Virus record (IMG/VR): IMGVR_UViG_3300014050_000004
Coordinates: 32,001-96,000 of that record
DNA length: 64,000 nt
Source of the DNA: a virus
Direction: 5' to 3' (one strand)
Position numbers and translations under genes: made by a program. This document shows positions 34,097-44,075 of this stretch, piece by piece. Numbering within the stretch: position 1 is the stretch's first letter; each line of letters begins with the position of its first letter. The notes beneath the pieces are model-generated. The model made no database searches, had not been told where the DNA came from, and saw only the letters and a list, made by a program, of their open reading frames with translations.

Positions 34097-36898
34097 GATT
34101 TCGAACACAGCTTCTCCGGCTGCCGACAAGTCCGAGCAGAAAAATGCGTATCCTACAACATACTTATTACTCTGAATCTCTTCGAGTTCCCTACTCAGTA
34201 TGCAAGTTTTTGGAACTTTGTACATGCTCGCGTCCCACAAGGGGGGACTCATTTCCTCAAGAGAGCCTAATTCTAGATCAGCGGACAGGTGACCGGTTAG
34301 CTCGGAACAAGGGTTTTTTCGGTAGTACTTACCTTCCCACTCACCGTAGCCCTTGCCTACCGGCGAAGAAATATCCGCTCTTCTGTTATGGAAAGGATCG
34401 TAACTCTCTATCCGACCCGGATCAAAAGTGTTTATAGAATTACTGAAGTCAGTGTGCACGATTGATTTTTCAAATTCGTCGTCATAGTGATGATCCGGAG
34501 TTATTGAAGAGTACAAGAACGATTCCTCATATATGTTGAGAATGGTGGAGTTGTCATTCTGGTTAGCCACCACTTCTTCATACAAGTATGGTTTTTCTTC
34601 TTGCGGAGGACAAATTTCTTGAACAGCGTGGCTAGAGGAACCCCAGTATCCGAAATTCTGACACACAAGATTAACTTTCTGCCACTCGCTACCATCTCTC
34701 TTGTAATCCAATGGCAATCTAACAAAGTATCTGTCCCACTCCTCATTGCCAGGACCAGAATTTTCATCCGCCAGAAGTTGATTCGGATAACTCAAAGAGT
34801 TAAAAGTGTTTGTGCTTTCCACACAGAACAGGCTTTCGTTTTTCTTCACTCTTAACAACTGCTCTGCATTGAGAACATTAGGCAGGGCTGAGTATACCAA
34901 ACCGCTGAATACCAAGTCACTGATGTCGCAGGAGAAGGAGGATGTCAAAGAATCTGACACGGACACAACCGGGAAATTGAATTTGCCCTCAGGTTCTCTC
35001 GGAGTGTAGTGAAAAGACAGACTACCTGGAACAGATACTTCATATCTGAACACAAAGTTGTTTTCTATGTAATCAACCCCTTCATTCAGAAGATTCCCGT
35101 TACAATACAGCAAGAGCGCGGAGTAATTCAATTCTCTTGCAGGATCCGCTGAAACTTCTCCCGTGTTCACATTTACCCAATCTCCGACGAGTTCCCACAT
35201 TGAACTTAGAGGGTTAAACTCCCATCTGTTGTAGTAAAATATCAAGCACTCTCTATTATCAATATCTCCGTTATTGAAATCCCAGTACATTTCCCCATCG
35301 ACAGGAGTCCCGTACAACTGAGTGTCGCCCACATACTTAAGGTGTGGCGGAAGTTGTAAAAACCATTTTCCGGAGCCCAGAGATTTGGACACGTAGGCCT
35401 TGTAAGCTCCTCCAACCGTTACACGCAAGTTTTCAATCACGTAATTTGAGCCAGAATTTGACAAGCCTTCGGCGTCTACAATCTCGACCCTGGTATAAGG
35501 TGGCAAAAACAAAGAGTCAGCATTGAAAGAAGTTACATCGGCATAAGAGAAGTCGATGGCAACCCAACCTCTTTTCTCTTCTGACTTGTAAGCAACCACG
35601 TTTCCCTGGCCGCTCAAGGAACCGGTTATGCCAAACAGCTTAGAATCCTGATTCATTCCGTTGCAGTTGAGAATCCTTGCAACTTTTCCGTACTCAAGGG
35701 ATCCCTCAACGGACAAGAAGGCAGCAACGTTCGCGAATTCATAGTCAACGGGTTGACTCTGTTCTAGACCTTCCGGATACTCACACTCGACCCACGGGTC
35801 ACAATTGAACACTCTTTTCGGATGTATCAAAAGTTTCTCACTCTGGGGGTCCCACCATAGTTGGTTGTCTTGCAAAACCGGAGGTGGAGTTGTCCCCACC
35901 TGAGTCGTTTGCTGATAAACCAAATTGAGTAATTTGTCAAACTCAATCTCTCTGTGGATGTCCTGAAGTTGTACGGATTCAGTGCTATACCCGTGCAAGG
36001 ACAGAGCATCAAAGGAAAAGTGCAATGGCAGGACGCCTCCTTTGTTGCCCCATACACCCTTAAAGTTGTCTATCAGCTCCTTATCAACCCAGTCCGAAGG
36101 GTCTGACCAAGGATTCAGTGTCACATCAAGGGAAACACTGCCATACTGCAGTTCTCCTTGTGTTGAGGACACGGAAGGAATGTCCAAGTACCACAATGAA
36201 CGGTCAAAGTCATACACAGGAGGGAACTCTCCCACATTCTGCACTAGCAAGGAAAGGGGAAGATCGAAGTAACACCTTGATCCGATGTACAGTACATTGT
36301 AAGCCATAGGTTGAAGCTCTTCAATGTCGTGCACCGGGTACAGTGTCAAGGTTGTTTCCCCAACCTTGCAGTGGAACGAGTAGTCTCCTGAGATTCCCAC
36401 CTCTCTTCTTACAAAGGGGTTGGGAAGAGAAGAAACGCTGATGAATTTCAGCTGTTCCCCACTTGCCAAGTCTTCAAGGAACTGCTCGCTCAGAGATTCG
36501 AAGAAAATCTCAGTCGTGTCTCCTACTTTCAGGTACTGAGAGGGAGAGTAAGAATAACTTCCCAGGTAGAGAGTGTCTGCGTTTGAAAGATGGCTGTTCC
36601 CCTTGACAAGTACGGAATTGCTAAAGTTCCTCACTTCAACTATCTCTAGGATCTCGTAAGAGTTGTAGACTCCGAAAGAACCGCCCAATAGTTGTCTCTT
36701 TTGGTCAACCGTCTCTGGCAGTTTGCCCCAATAGTTGTCTCCACTCCAGCCGAGTAATTGGGCTACCCAGTCCAATTGTGAGTCCACTCTCAAAGTCACA
36801 TCTGTCACTTGAGAGGTTTGCTCACTGGTCAAGAAGCTACTAATGTCTCCCCTTTTCTCAAAGTCTTCAATGTTAAATTGTGGGGTATGTACTGTCAT
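34091..36898 (-). CDS. Large virion structural protein (baseplate/wedge region)
   Basis: 935 aa, aromatic and beta-rich; lies between the baseplate genes and the spike. Confidence 0.55.
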   Translation of the reverse strand: MTVHTPQFNIEDFEKRGDISSFLTSEQTSQVTDVTLRVDSQLDWVAQLLGWSGDNYWGKLPETVDQKRQLLGGSFGVYNSYEILEIVEVRNFSNSVLVKGNSHLSNADTLYLGSYSYSPSQYLKVGDTTEIFFESLSEQFLEDLASGEQLKFISVSSLPNPFVRREVGISGDYSFHCKVGETTLTLYPVHDIEELQPMAYNVLYIGSRCYFDLPLSLLVQNVGEFPPVYDFDRSLWYLDIPSVSSTQGELQYGSVSLDVTLNPWSDPSDWVDKELIDNFKGVWGNKGGVLPLHFSFDALSLHGYSTESVQLQDIHREIEFDKLLNLVYQQTTQVGTTPPPVLQDNQLWWDPQSEKLLIHPKRVFNCDPWVECEYPEGLEQSQPVDYEFANVAAFLSVEGSLEYGKVARILNCNGMNQDSKLFGITGSLSGQGNVVAYKSEEKRGWVAIDFSYADVTSFNADSLFLPPYTRVEIVDAEGLSNSGSNYVIENLRVTVGGAYKAYVSKSLGSGKWFLQLPPHLKYVGDTQLYGTPVDGEMYWDFNNGDIDNRECLIFYYNRWEFNPLSSMWELVGDWVNVNTGEVSADPARELNYSALLLYCNGNLLNEGVDYIENNFVFRYEVSVPGSLSFHYTPREPEGKFNFPVVSVSDSLTSSFSCDISDLVFSGLVYSALPNVLNAEQLLRVKKNESLFCVESTNTFNSLSYPNQLLADENSGPGNEEWDRYFVRLPLDYKRDGSEWQKVNLVCQNFGYWGSSSHAVQEICPPQEEKPYLYEEVVANQNDNSTILNIYEESFLYSSITPDHHYDDEFEKSIVHTDFSNSINTFDPGRIESYDPFHNRRADISSPVGKGYGEWEGKYYRKNPCSELTGHLSADLELGSLEEMSPPLWDASMYKVPKTCILSRELEEIQSNKYVVGYAFFCSDLSAAGEAVFEIG

Positions 36899-36910
36899 TG
36901 TAGGAAAGGG

Positions 36911-38167
36911 TTATGTAAGTTCAATTCCAAATGGAGGCAGGCTTAGGTATTCTTGCTTCATACTCAATGTTGGGCTCATCCACTGTTTGTCATAGTGAAG
37001 GACTTGGTCGTACAAGCCAATGAGATTGCTATCCCAAAAAGAGGTTAACCAATCAGCAATCGGTTCGTATTTTGTGTGAACTACATCTCTCACATCACTC
37101 AAAGATTGGACAGTGAAGGATGAGTCTATGTCTACGAGAGCTAACTTGCACATGACCAGTGGGACTTTGTTGCCCTCTTCGGTAACTATCTCGTTTGGAA
37201 CTGCATTGGCGGGGTATGCTACAAGACTATACTTGGTGACGCTCACCGCTGGGGGGCTCAGGGTGGAAATCACTCCAGAAACATATATGTTGTTAATTGA
37301 CACTGAAGAATCTTCCCATTCAACTCTCCAACCATTCCCACTTACTGGACTGTCAAACTGGAAGCTAAACAGTTGACCAAGATTGTCTTCCTCAATGTCT
37401 GCAGAAGAAACGTATTGCCAAGAAGAGTCTTCGCAGTAACCGGAAGAACCCGTGCTTTTGCAAATTAGTTGGTACAATAAAGCTTTACCGTAACTTCTTG
37501 AGTTGGGTGGGCACCGAAGGGTGATTGTATTCAGAGAGTATGAATAAGGAGTTTCCCAAGACAGGTAGGCATTTCCTGTGTGTGAAGGAAATACGTTGTC
37601 GTAGTTTGACCAGTACTTCTCGCTGTCTCCCAAGAAAGCGTAGCCCGGAGAATACCTCCACCCGGTCACAGCATCTGTGCTACTCAGTATGTTCATTTCC
37701 TGCCCATTCAGAGAAAAGTTTTCAACTGAGTAGGAGTATGTTTGGGGAGAATTGTCGTAGTACAGTTGATATCCTATAACGTACTTTGCAGACCCAATGC
37801 CAACTTGTTCAAGGTCTATGATCACAGGTGAAGTCTTCACCGAGCCGAATTGCCAGACAATCGTCCCTTCTTGAACTGTCAGAAACTTGCCGTTCCCAGA
37901 GGATTCAACAACCATGGAAGTTGAGCCAGTTAGTCCCTCTCCCACAGGTATGAAACAATACGCTTTCCCCGGATCGTAACCGAACTCTAGCTTGTAAGAT
38001 TGAGAAGCCGCCGGCAACCGATTGTAAATCGGCCTCCCACTTTCCTTCCACTCAGTTGGAATCGGAGTCAGGTTGAGAGCTTCCGTGTACTGGCGTGACA
38101 GGTATGTTCCAGGATTCTGGGTGGAGGTTACAACAATTTTTTGAGTGCCTCCGTCTAAGGGAATCAT
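36911..38167 (-). CDS. Baseplate wedge-associated protein (follows gpJ-like gene), with F5/8 discoidin-like insert
   Basis: Start revised to ATG 38167 (MIPLDGG). Early block YNRLPAAS and late block PIADWLTSFW flank a W...YLSWE...ITL...WQYV...WRVEW domain; position matches gpI. Confidence 0.5.
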   Translation of the reverse strand: MIPLDGGTQKIVVTSTQNPGTYLSRQYTEALNLTPIPTEWKESGRPIYNRLPAASQSYKLEFGYDPGKAYCFIPVGEGLTGSTSMVVESSGNGKFLTVQEGTIVWQFGSVKTSPVIIDLEQVGIGSAKYVIGYQLYYDNSPQTYSYSVENFSLNGQEMNILSSTDAVTGWRYSPGYAFLGDSEKYWSNYDNVFPSHTGNAYLSWETPYSYSLNTITLRCPPNSRSYGKALLYQLICKSTGSSGYCEDSSWQYVSSADIEEDNLGQLFSFQFDSPVSGNGWRVEWEDSSVSINNIYVSGVISTLSPPAVSVTKYSLVAYPANAVPNEIVTEEGNKVPLVMCKLALVDIDSSFTVQSLSDVRDVVHTKYEPIADWLTSFWDSNLIGLYDQVLHYDKQWMSPTLSMKQEYLSLPPFGIELT

Positions 38168-38172
38168 CGTGC

Positions 38173-41100
38173 TCACAGAGAAAGAGTGCCAATTCCGTAG
38201 TCTGGCGGTGACAGAACTGAGGTTGTACCCGTGAACCAAGAAAGTTCAGGGGTTGAGGAAGCTGACTCGGTGTTTTCCCAGACATACACAACTTTTTGTT
38301 CCGAAGATGGCAATGAAGTTTGTCTTGAAGAATTTTTAGGTATCAAAGTTACACTCGTAGGGCCAAGCTTGATTGATGAAGTGTCTCCGTCGTACTGAGG
38401 TAGGATGGGCTCATCACAAGAATAACTTGACACGTATCTCAGGAGATTTCCAGAGAATTCCTGATACCTGGGACTGTTTACCTGGGTTCCAGTGTTGGAC
38501 CAGTTGGTAACTTCCTGAGTGGGGGTGAATCCCTTCATGACTCTGTAAAGGTCTCTGCCACCTCTGTCTTCTATGGTGTCCTCAGCGTAGTTGGCATAGG
38601 CGGGGTTAAAGAAAGGTATGTACCTCTCGGCTTCTCCTGTTGTTTTAGGGGTGTTGTCTTCAGTGAACACATTATTTTTGTAGTAAACCTCAAAGTCAAA
38701 CAGAGGTGTTACAGCTTCATTCGCGAGATACACTTGAGTTCTACCTCCACCTCTAAATAGTGTCCTGTCCCCTTTAAAGAAAGTGAACATCCTAACTGGT
38801 TGGTAGATTGGATTATCAGACACAGGGTTTATACTTGTAACCTCAACGGCAAGGTCCTGATCGGAATTACCAAGATCAACTCCCGAGATAGTCAAATTGT
38901 CCAGATACCGGTACTTCTGCCCTCTGTTATTTGGCTGGATGTCCGTTACAACTCCGCCAGAGACAAATACGTTTGCAGTACCTCCAATCCCATCTCCACC
39001 GGACAGCGGAACATTGATGTATGTTCCATTTACGAATGTGAATCCCGAACCAACTGTTCTCAGGGAACCTATTTGCCCAGAAAAGCTCTCTGATAGGTTG
39101 GTGTTGAATTGGTTGTACAACTCTTCGGTAGGGGTGACATTAATTATCTCGGGAACTAGAGCTGGATCGGTTGACCTTGGTGTGAAGTACTCTGAAGCAA
39201 TGAAGTACTCTGGGTTTGAGGAAACGTCTCTCCTGTACTCAAGATATTGACCTGCTTGAAATCTGGGTTTGTATTGGTACACGGGCAGGCCTTCGTTGCC
39301 ATCGAAAACAGTGATTTCTTGAATGATGCCTTGTTCCTTCAAGCTCTCAAAGTATTCGCTAACGCTACTTGAATCAGGGTTGTATACGAATGTTGAAAGT
39401 ACATACGCGTACTTGACAACCCCTCCTTTTGTGACATCTACGTAGAAGTAGTTGGGGTCTAGAACCTCATCTGGTCCGGAACCGATTTGAGGTGTATACA
39501 CCCAAGAACCAACGGTGTAGGTCATATCTGGGTTGAGAACTAACGGTTCTACGGGGTCCCCTAAATTGGAAGCTACGTTTGCTCCTTCGATGTCATTTGT
39601 GGAACTTTGGAGAACAAAATTCTTTGAAACCAACCACACCAAAGACCCCGGTCTCTTCTCCAAAGATACTTCCGCCGGACTAGCTGGTATGAACTCTCCT
39701 TCGGAATAGTCATACTGAATGATCTCGGGGTTTAGGAAACCGCTCACTGTGTTGGCGTATGTATTACCCACAACCCAAGGGCTGTAATCCTTGAGTTCAG
39801 ATATCTTGCCAGAGTCTATCAACGATATGACGTCCCCGGGAGAGTTCACTGTGACATTGTCTAATATAACGTGAAGCCCCTCTTCTGCAGGATCCAATCC
39901 CCCGTCGTAGTAAACTACCTCTCCTGTTTTGTACGAGCCCGATCCGAGATTTTGAATCTGTTTGAGGCTCAAGTTGCCGTACAAAGTTTGATCAAATTTG
40001 TCTGACGAGTAGGGGGTGAAACTAATCTCAACCGGATAGAAGGTTGGGTTCGGGTCGTCTTTTCTAACTAAGTCTCTAAGGTTCAGTAGGAAGTCTTTGG
40101 GAGCGAATTCCAGTACTCTTGTGTAGGTTGCGCACTCTTTTGTTAGGAAGTTTGGTGTGTTGTAAGCTTGGGAGCTCACAATGTGTGGGTTTGTGTATCT
40201 GTAGTTGGTGTCGAAAGTTGAGTAAAAAGCTGAGTCAACGTCTCCGGGTGAAGGGTCGAGAGTTGCAGGGAAGACAGACCCTGGTTGAAATATGCTAAAG
40301 AGTCTATCTCGGAAATTCAAAGAAGCTTCTCGGAAATTCTTGCCCCACACTCCGTTACTTTCTATCTCAAGAGAAATGTTGTATTGTACACCGGTGAGTG
40401 TTATTGGATAGAGGTGCCCTTGAGTGCCGATTGGCACAGAGTAGTTGATGGCTGTTTGTCCAGACTCAAGTTGGGTTTCGGTGAGTTCCACTCCATTGGG
40501 CCCAAGGACGAAGAAAGATACTTGTCCGTTTGACACAGAACTTGCGCTTCCGTATCTACTTGACCTGTTAGGTTGCACAGTGGTGAGAGTGCCTTGTCCG
40601 TACAAATTCGTGAAAAAGTCCTGCCAATCGGATTCACTAACAGGGTTCCTGCGCCTAATGAGAGAGAAAAATCTTTCCTTAACCTCTTCGTAAGTTTCAA
40701 CATCACTTCCGCCAACAGCCGGTAACAAATTGGTTACCGAGGACTCAGGTACGTTGCTGGTGGAAGAAACTGTGATTGTATTGGCAGCCACATTGTAGGA
40801 GCTTCCAACGTACCTTGAGTAAACAAGGAGTTTTCCTGTGGTACCTCCTGCAGGGATTGTCAGGTCTTGAGAAGAAACAAATTCATAACTTTCTCCGCCG
40901 GTCAGCTGGGAGTTGGTCGAAAAGACAGAGCCAGATGGGAAGAGCGTTGATACGTTTCTTGGAGGAACAGTAACTGTAAGCTCTGCAGAGGAGGGTGTTC
41001 CCACTCTTCTCATTGCCCCGAGGAAGGGGCCTATCCACTCAATCAGTATTTTTTCGGGAAGCTGGTTTGCCCAGAAGAGAAACTCCCCCTGAGCAAATGC

Positions 41101-41256
41101 CTGACCTTCCAACAAAGCTGCCAGGGGATTGCCAGCACTGAAATCGTTGAGTGTGCCGTTTGAAGCCTCATATGCTACTTGGGCAGCTCTCTGTACTAAA
41201 GCTGCCTCATTCCGAGGATCTATTGATACCGGAGGTAAAGGTGCGTATCTTGCCAT
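38173..41256 (-). CDS. Baseplate J-like wedge protein with long C-terminal extension
   Basis: GTPSSAELT...GSVFST...YEFVS...GSSYNVAANTI...VTN..PAVGGSDVETYEEVKER...RRNPVSESDWQ...GQVSFFVL; 1027 aa. Confidence 0.8.
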   Translation of the reverse strand: MARYAPLPPVSIDPRNEAALVQRAAQVAYEASNGTLNDFSAGNPLAALLEGQAFAQGEFLFWANQLPEKILIEWIGPFLGAMRRVGTPSSAELTVTVPPRNVSTLFPSGSVFSTNSQLTGGESYEFVSSQDLTIPAGGTTGKLLVYSRYVGSSYNVAANTITVSSTSNVPESSVTNLLPAVGGSDVETYEEVKERFFSLIRRRNPVSESDWQDFFTNLYGQGTLTTVQPNRSSRYGSASSVSNGQVSFFVLGPNGVELTETQLESGQTAINYSVPIGTQGHLYPITLTGVQYNISLEIESNGVWGKNFREASLNFRDRLFSIFQPGSVFPATLDPSPGDVDSAFYSTFDTNYRYTNPHIVSSQAYNTPNFLTKECATYTRVLEFAPKDFLLNLRDLVRKDDPNPTFYPVEISFTPYSSDKFDQTLYGNLSLKQIQNLGSGSYKTGEVVYYDGGLDPAEEGLHVILDNVTVNSPGDVISLIDSGKISELKDYSPWVVGNTYANTVSGFLNPEIIQYDYSEGEFIPASPAEVSLEKRPGSLVWLVSKNFVLQSSTNDIEGANVASNLGDPVEPLVLNPDMTYTVGSWVYTPQIGSGPDEVLDPNYFYVDVTKGGVVKYAYVLSTFVYNPDSSSVSEYFESLKEQGIIQEITVFDGNEGLPVYQYKPRFQAGQYLEYRRDVSSNPEYFIASEYFTPRSTDPALVPEIINVTPTEELYNQFNTNLSESFSGQIGSLRTVGSGFTFVNGTYINVPLSGGDGIGGTANVFVSGGVVTDIQPNNRGQKYRYLDNLTISGVDLGNSDQDLAVEVTSINPVSDNPIYQPVRMFTFFKGDRTLFRGGGRTQVYLANEAVTPLFDFEVYYKNNVFTEDNTPKTTGEAERYIPFFNPAYANYAEDTIEDRGGRDLYRVMKGFTPTQEVTNWSNTGTQVNSPRYQEFSGNLLRYVSSYSCDEPILPQYDGDTSSIKLGPTSVTLIPKNSSRQTSLPSSEQKVVYVWENTESASSTPELSWFTGTTSVLSPPDYGIGTLSL

Positions 41257-41261
41257 ATTTA

Positions 41262-41738
41262 TCAGTAGATCCCATTGTCAACAACAAGGTTGTCAAATTG
41301 GTCTAGTACGATTCTCTTTGTCATGAGGTCAGAGTCGGACAAAGACGCGAACTTTTGAGATATTGAAGAGGGGTTGATCCCGTTGGCGTAGTTGTACTTG
41401 ATGTTCGTGAGATAGCTACGGGGAGCGTTAACACCGTTTTGAGCATCGACTGTGGGATTTTGTGCAGGGTCAAACCCAAAGGACCATAACCCTGTAACTA
41501 CCTTGGACCCTGAAATTGGGGATCCGGAAATAAAAGTACCGTTAGGAGCTAAATTCGGTTGGCTAGTGCCAAGTGTGACGTACCTTGTGTCTAGTCCATT
41601 AGAACCTTTAGTTACAAGAGATTCCAACCCAAGAGGATCAAAGTGCCAGTCCAGGTCCTGACCGTCAAAGTATAACTTTTTCGCCCCATTGAGCCACTTG
41701 CTGGTTACTACAACCGCATGTCCAAAAGTAGTCTTCAT
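41262..41738 (-). CDS. Tail/fibre-attachment-like hypothetical protein
   Basis: N-terminal MKTTFGHAVVVTSKWLN (T.F..G..VT..WLN-type fibre start); GGGTATA 26 nt upstream. Confidence 0.5.
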   Translation of the reverse strand: MKTTFGHAVVVTSKWLNGAKKLYFDGQDLDWHFDPLGLESLVTKGSNGLDTRYVTLGTSQPNLAPNGTFISGSPISGSKVVTGLWSFGFDPAQNPTVDAQNGVNAPRSYLTNIKYNYANGINPSSISQKFASLSDSDLMTKRIVLDQFDNLVVDNGIY

Positions 41739-41763
41739 TAACGCTCCTGCTACCAGTTACGGT

Positions 41764-41770
41764 TATACCC
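41764..41770 (-). promoter_or_regulatory. GGGTATA variant of the candidate late-promoter element
   Basis: Immediately after the tube terminator; 26 nt upstream of ATG 41738. Confidence 0.6.
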
Positions 41771-41772
41771 TT

Positions 41773-41802
41773 AAACAAAAAGAGCCCCGCAATGCGAGGC
41801 TC
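41773..41802 (-). terminator. Rho-independent terminator after the tail tube gene
   Basis: mRNA GAGCCUCGC-AUU-GCGGGGCUC followed by UUUUUGUUU. Confidence 0.8.
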
Positions 41803-41824
41803 GATGAACAATTGTATTAACGAA

Positions 41825-42268
41825 TCAAGTTCTGTCCCAAGAGTTGACTGTGAACTCAACTTCAATCTCCTGAACATCTCCGCTTTCGCGGTCTACTTCA
41901 GCAGTGTTGATGGAGACGAATCTGCACCCGTAGCAGGTGTATTCTCCTCCAGTTGGAGCTGAGCCGTTGCCTATGCAATCTCTTGGAGTCACAGTGATAG
42001 TGATTTCCTGGCAGTTGTACTGAAGCCAAAAGACTTCTAACTGTTTGTAGATTGTAGGGTCGTAAGGGGCAGTCAAGGTGACGTTGTCAGCTGTCCTGGG
42101 CCCTGTGACTTTGTACAATCTGTTTCCAGTCCCATTTGCATAGGTGCTATCATCTGAGGAGTCCTTAATTCCGCTGAATTTTGTGAAAACAGCGATCAAG
42201 GTTGGCCCTCCGGGAGCCACAAAGGACACCTCGTATTGAGCCTTTGTAATCGGTCTAAGAAAAGCCAT
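41825..42268 (-). CDS. Tail tube protein
   Basis: 147 aa; F..FSGI.D...Y..G...VTGPRTADNVTLT.PY...ITITV...YTCYGCRFVSINTAEVDRESGDVQEIEVEF; strong GGAGG SD. Confidence 0.85.
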   Translation of the reverse strand: MAFLRPITKAQYEVSFVAPGGPTLIAVFTKFSGIKDSSDDSTYANGTGNRLYKVTGPRTADNVTLTAPYDPTIYKQLEVFWLQYNCQEITITVTPRDCIGNGSAPTGGEYTCYGCRFVSINTAEVDRESGDVQEIEVEFTVNSWDRT

Positions 42269-42297
42269 TTAAGTACCTCCTTGTGTGTCCTTCCCAA

Positions 42298-43353
42298 TCA
42301 GGAAAGGATGTCGGAGATCATAGCGCCTGAACCGATGAGTCCGCTGGCACCGAGGCCAACCAAGTTAACCACTCGCTCAATTGTGATCTCAGCACGAACC
42401 ACTCTACGCTCACGAATGTAGTACTCAGGGCGTACGGAAGGTGTGCCAGTCAACTGATAGGTGTATGCGAAAGCTGGGGTTGCAGCGTTTGCTCCACCTG
42501 CAGGCATGATCGAGTCGGAAGGACCGCTTGGGCTGTAGAACAGAAGGATTCCGTTGCTTGGGAACACAGGCTTCAGAGAACCGTCTACATCCAGGTATCT
42601 GCCCTCAGCAACACGCAGACCTCTCTCAAGACCGAAGTAACGTGCGAGCACGTCAGTGTCGATCGAGTCGGCGCTGGTGTACTTGATACGATCAAGGATA
42701 GTGGTGTTGGTCAACAGTTGGTCAAAGACAGCTGTTCCAAGGACGCAAGAGTTGGGGCGGATGCCGATCTGGTTAGCGACGGAACGCTTGAGAGCCAAGA
42801 CGTCTTCGATTGGGTTGGCAGAAACGTTGGACCATGCGCCAGGGCCGGTAAAGTTGTTACCGTAGGCAGTGTTGAAGCTAGTCCAAGTTTGGAATCCGAG
42901 ACCGGTCTGAGTGCTGGCTCCGGTGTTTGGCTCGTAGGGGTTGTAAGAACCGGTAACTGTGATAGCTTGAGCAACAGTGTACTCATAGCTATTCATCAGC
43001 CTGGACATTGCGTTTCTGGTTTCGATCGCCCTCAGGTCAACCTGTGCAGGTCCCTCTCCCGCGTTCTCAATTACCTCTTCAGGGAGTTCCCAAGCCACAA
43101 CTTCCTGTTCCAGAGCGTAGGGCTCAGAGTCGTAACGGCTCTGTACGTAAGGAATGTTGGCTCCGTAGGAACGACGGAAGTCGCTAACTGCGAACTGCTC
43201 CTTTCCAAAGCGGAGGATGCGGCCAGCACGAGTTGGGGTGTCCACAACAGGTGCAATGAAGTTTGCAATGTTGGTTGAGGGAAGGTTGAAACCTTGTGCA
43301 AGCGTAGTTAGAATCGGATCTACGCCAGCATAGGTTTGCTGGAGATTCATCAT
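42298..43353 (-). CDS. Major capsid protein (HK97 fold, Mu gpT / lambda gpE-like group)
   Basis: Start revised to 43353 (MMNLQQTY). VDPILTTLAQGF...FIAPVV...FGKEQF...YALEQ...IRPNSCVLG..VFDQL.....ILDRIKY; host-like CGT/CGC Arg codons. Confidence 0.85.
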   Translation of the reverse strand: MMNLQQTYAGVDPILTTLAQGFNLPSTNIANFIAPVVDTPTRAGRILRFGKEQFAVSDFRRSYGANIPYVQSRYDSEPYALEQEVVAWELPEEVIENAGEGPAQVDLRAIETRNAMSRLMNSYEYTVAQAITVTGSYNPYEPNTGASTQTGLGFQTWTSFNTAYGNNFTGPGAWSNVSANPIEDVLALKRSVANQIGIRPNSCVLGTAVFDQLLTNTTILDRIKYTSADSIDTDVLARYFGLERGLRVAEGRYLDVDGSLKPVFPSNGILLFYSPSGPSDSIMPAGGANAATPAFAYTYQLTGTPSVRPEYYIRERRVVRAEITIERVVNLVGLGASGLIGSGAMISDILS

Positions 43354-43385
43354 AACGATGTACCGTAAAATTAAAGTGACTTCAA

Positions 43386-43403
43386 AGATTGGTTTCCCAA
43401 TCT
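43386..43403 (-). promoter_or_regulatory. GNRA-tetraloop hairpin in the MCP 5' leader
   Basis: mRNA AGAUUGG-GAAA-CCAAUCU between the GGGTATA element (43430-43436) and the MCP start. Confidence 0.55.
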
Positions 43404-43452
43404 GACTCTTTTTCAAGAATCACAAAGATTATACCCCAATTTTTCAGGCAAT

Positions 43453-43479
43453 AAAAAACCCCGGAGTGGAATCCGGGGC
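43453..43479 (-). terminator. Rho-independent terminator after the decoration gene
   Basis: mRNA GCCCCGGA-UUCCAC-UCCGGGGU followed by UUUUU. Confidence 0.8.
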
Positions 43480-43501
43480 TTGAGCGAAACTGTAAATCAG
43501 A

Positions 43502-43996
43502 TCACTTAAAAGAAACAAGGACGTACTGGTTGGGTCCGATGTCAATGATGTCTCGGATGAGTGGGGTGGTACCGCCAGATGTAACGGCATTTGCACCGTC
43601 GGAAGCCAGACCGTAGTTGTTGATTCTCAGTTGGGTGTTGAGGTCGGCAGCTTCGAACTTAGCTGTCGAGTCAACCTTAACAAGCAAAGATCCGGAAGTA
43701 GCTACGGTAACTTGTCGAGCGGTGTAAGGCTGCTCGGTGGAAGTTGGGATGTAGATTTGGCTAACTCCAACAGCGGCATAAGCAGGAGTGGCAAGGTCGG
43801 CGGGCAAGCAGACCTGGTTGGAACCGGCGTAACCGGCGGGAACAACAACTGAAAACTCAGGGATGTCCACAGTGCCGACGGTGGTTCCTTTTGCAACTGC
43901 CCTTGGTGAAGCAGCTTGAGAATTGGAAGCAGCTTGCCAAGTTTCAGAATACCTGATGTACTGCTTTCCGTAGATGGGCTCGATGTTCAGTGACAT
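43502..43996 (-). CDS. Capsid decoration/cement protein (DUF2190-like)
   Basis: 164 aa; sits between scaffold and MCP; AVGV...VTVATSGSLLV...G.A..G..IRD...VLV pattern. Confidence 0.6.
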   Translation of the reverse strand: MSLNIEPIYGKQYIRYSETWQAASNSQAASPRAVAKGTTVGTVDIPEFSVVVPAGYAGSNQVCLPADLATPAYAAVGVSQIYIPTSTEQPYTARQVTVATSGSLLVKVDSTAKFEAADLNTQLRINNYGLASDGANAVTSGGTTPLIRDIIDIGPNQYVLVSFK

Positions 43997-44068
43997 AATA
44001 TTGTCTAGTAAGGTTTGCGTTTATTGTTTTCTCTAGGAATGGTTTTTCACCTAGCTAAGTTACTAATG

Positions 44069-44075
44069 TTTACCC
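44069..44075 (-). promoter_or_regulatory. GGGTAAA candidate late-promoter element
   Basis: At the stop of 44075..44737; 73 nt upstream of 43996. Confidence 0.55.

Noticed and set aside
42718-43278. Long plus-strand ORFs in the track (e.g. 42718..43278, 51083..51832, 11624..12163, 45860..46522)
   Set aside because: Antisense shadows of well-supported minus-strand genes; no motifs, RBS or GGGTAA element.
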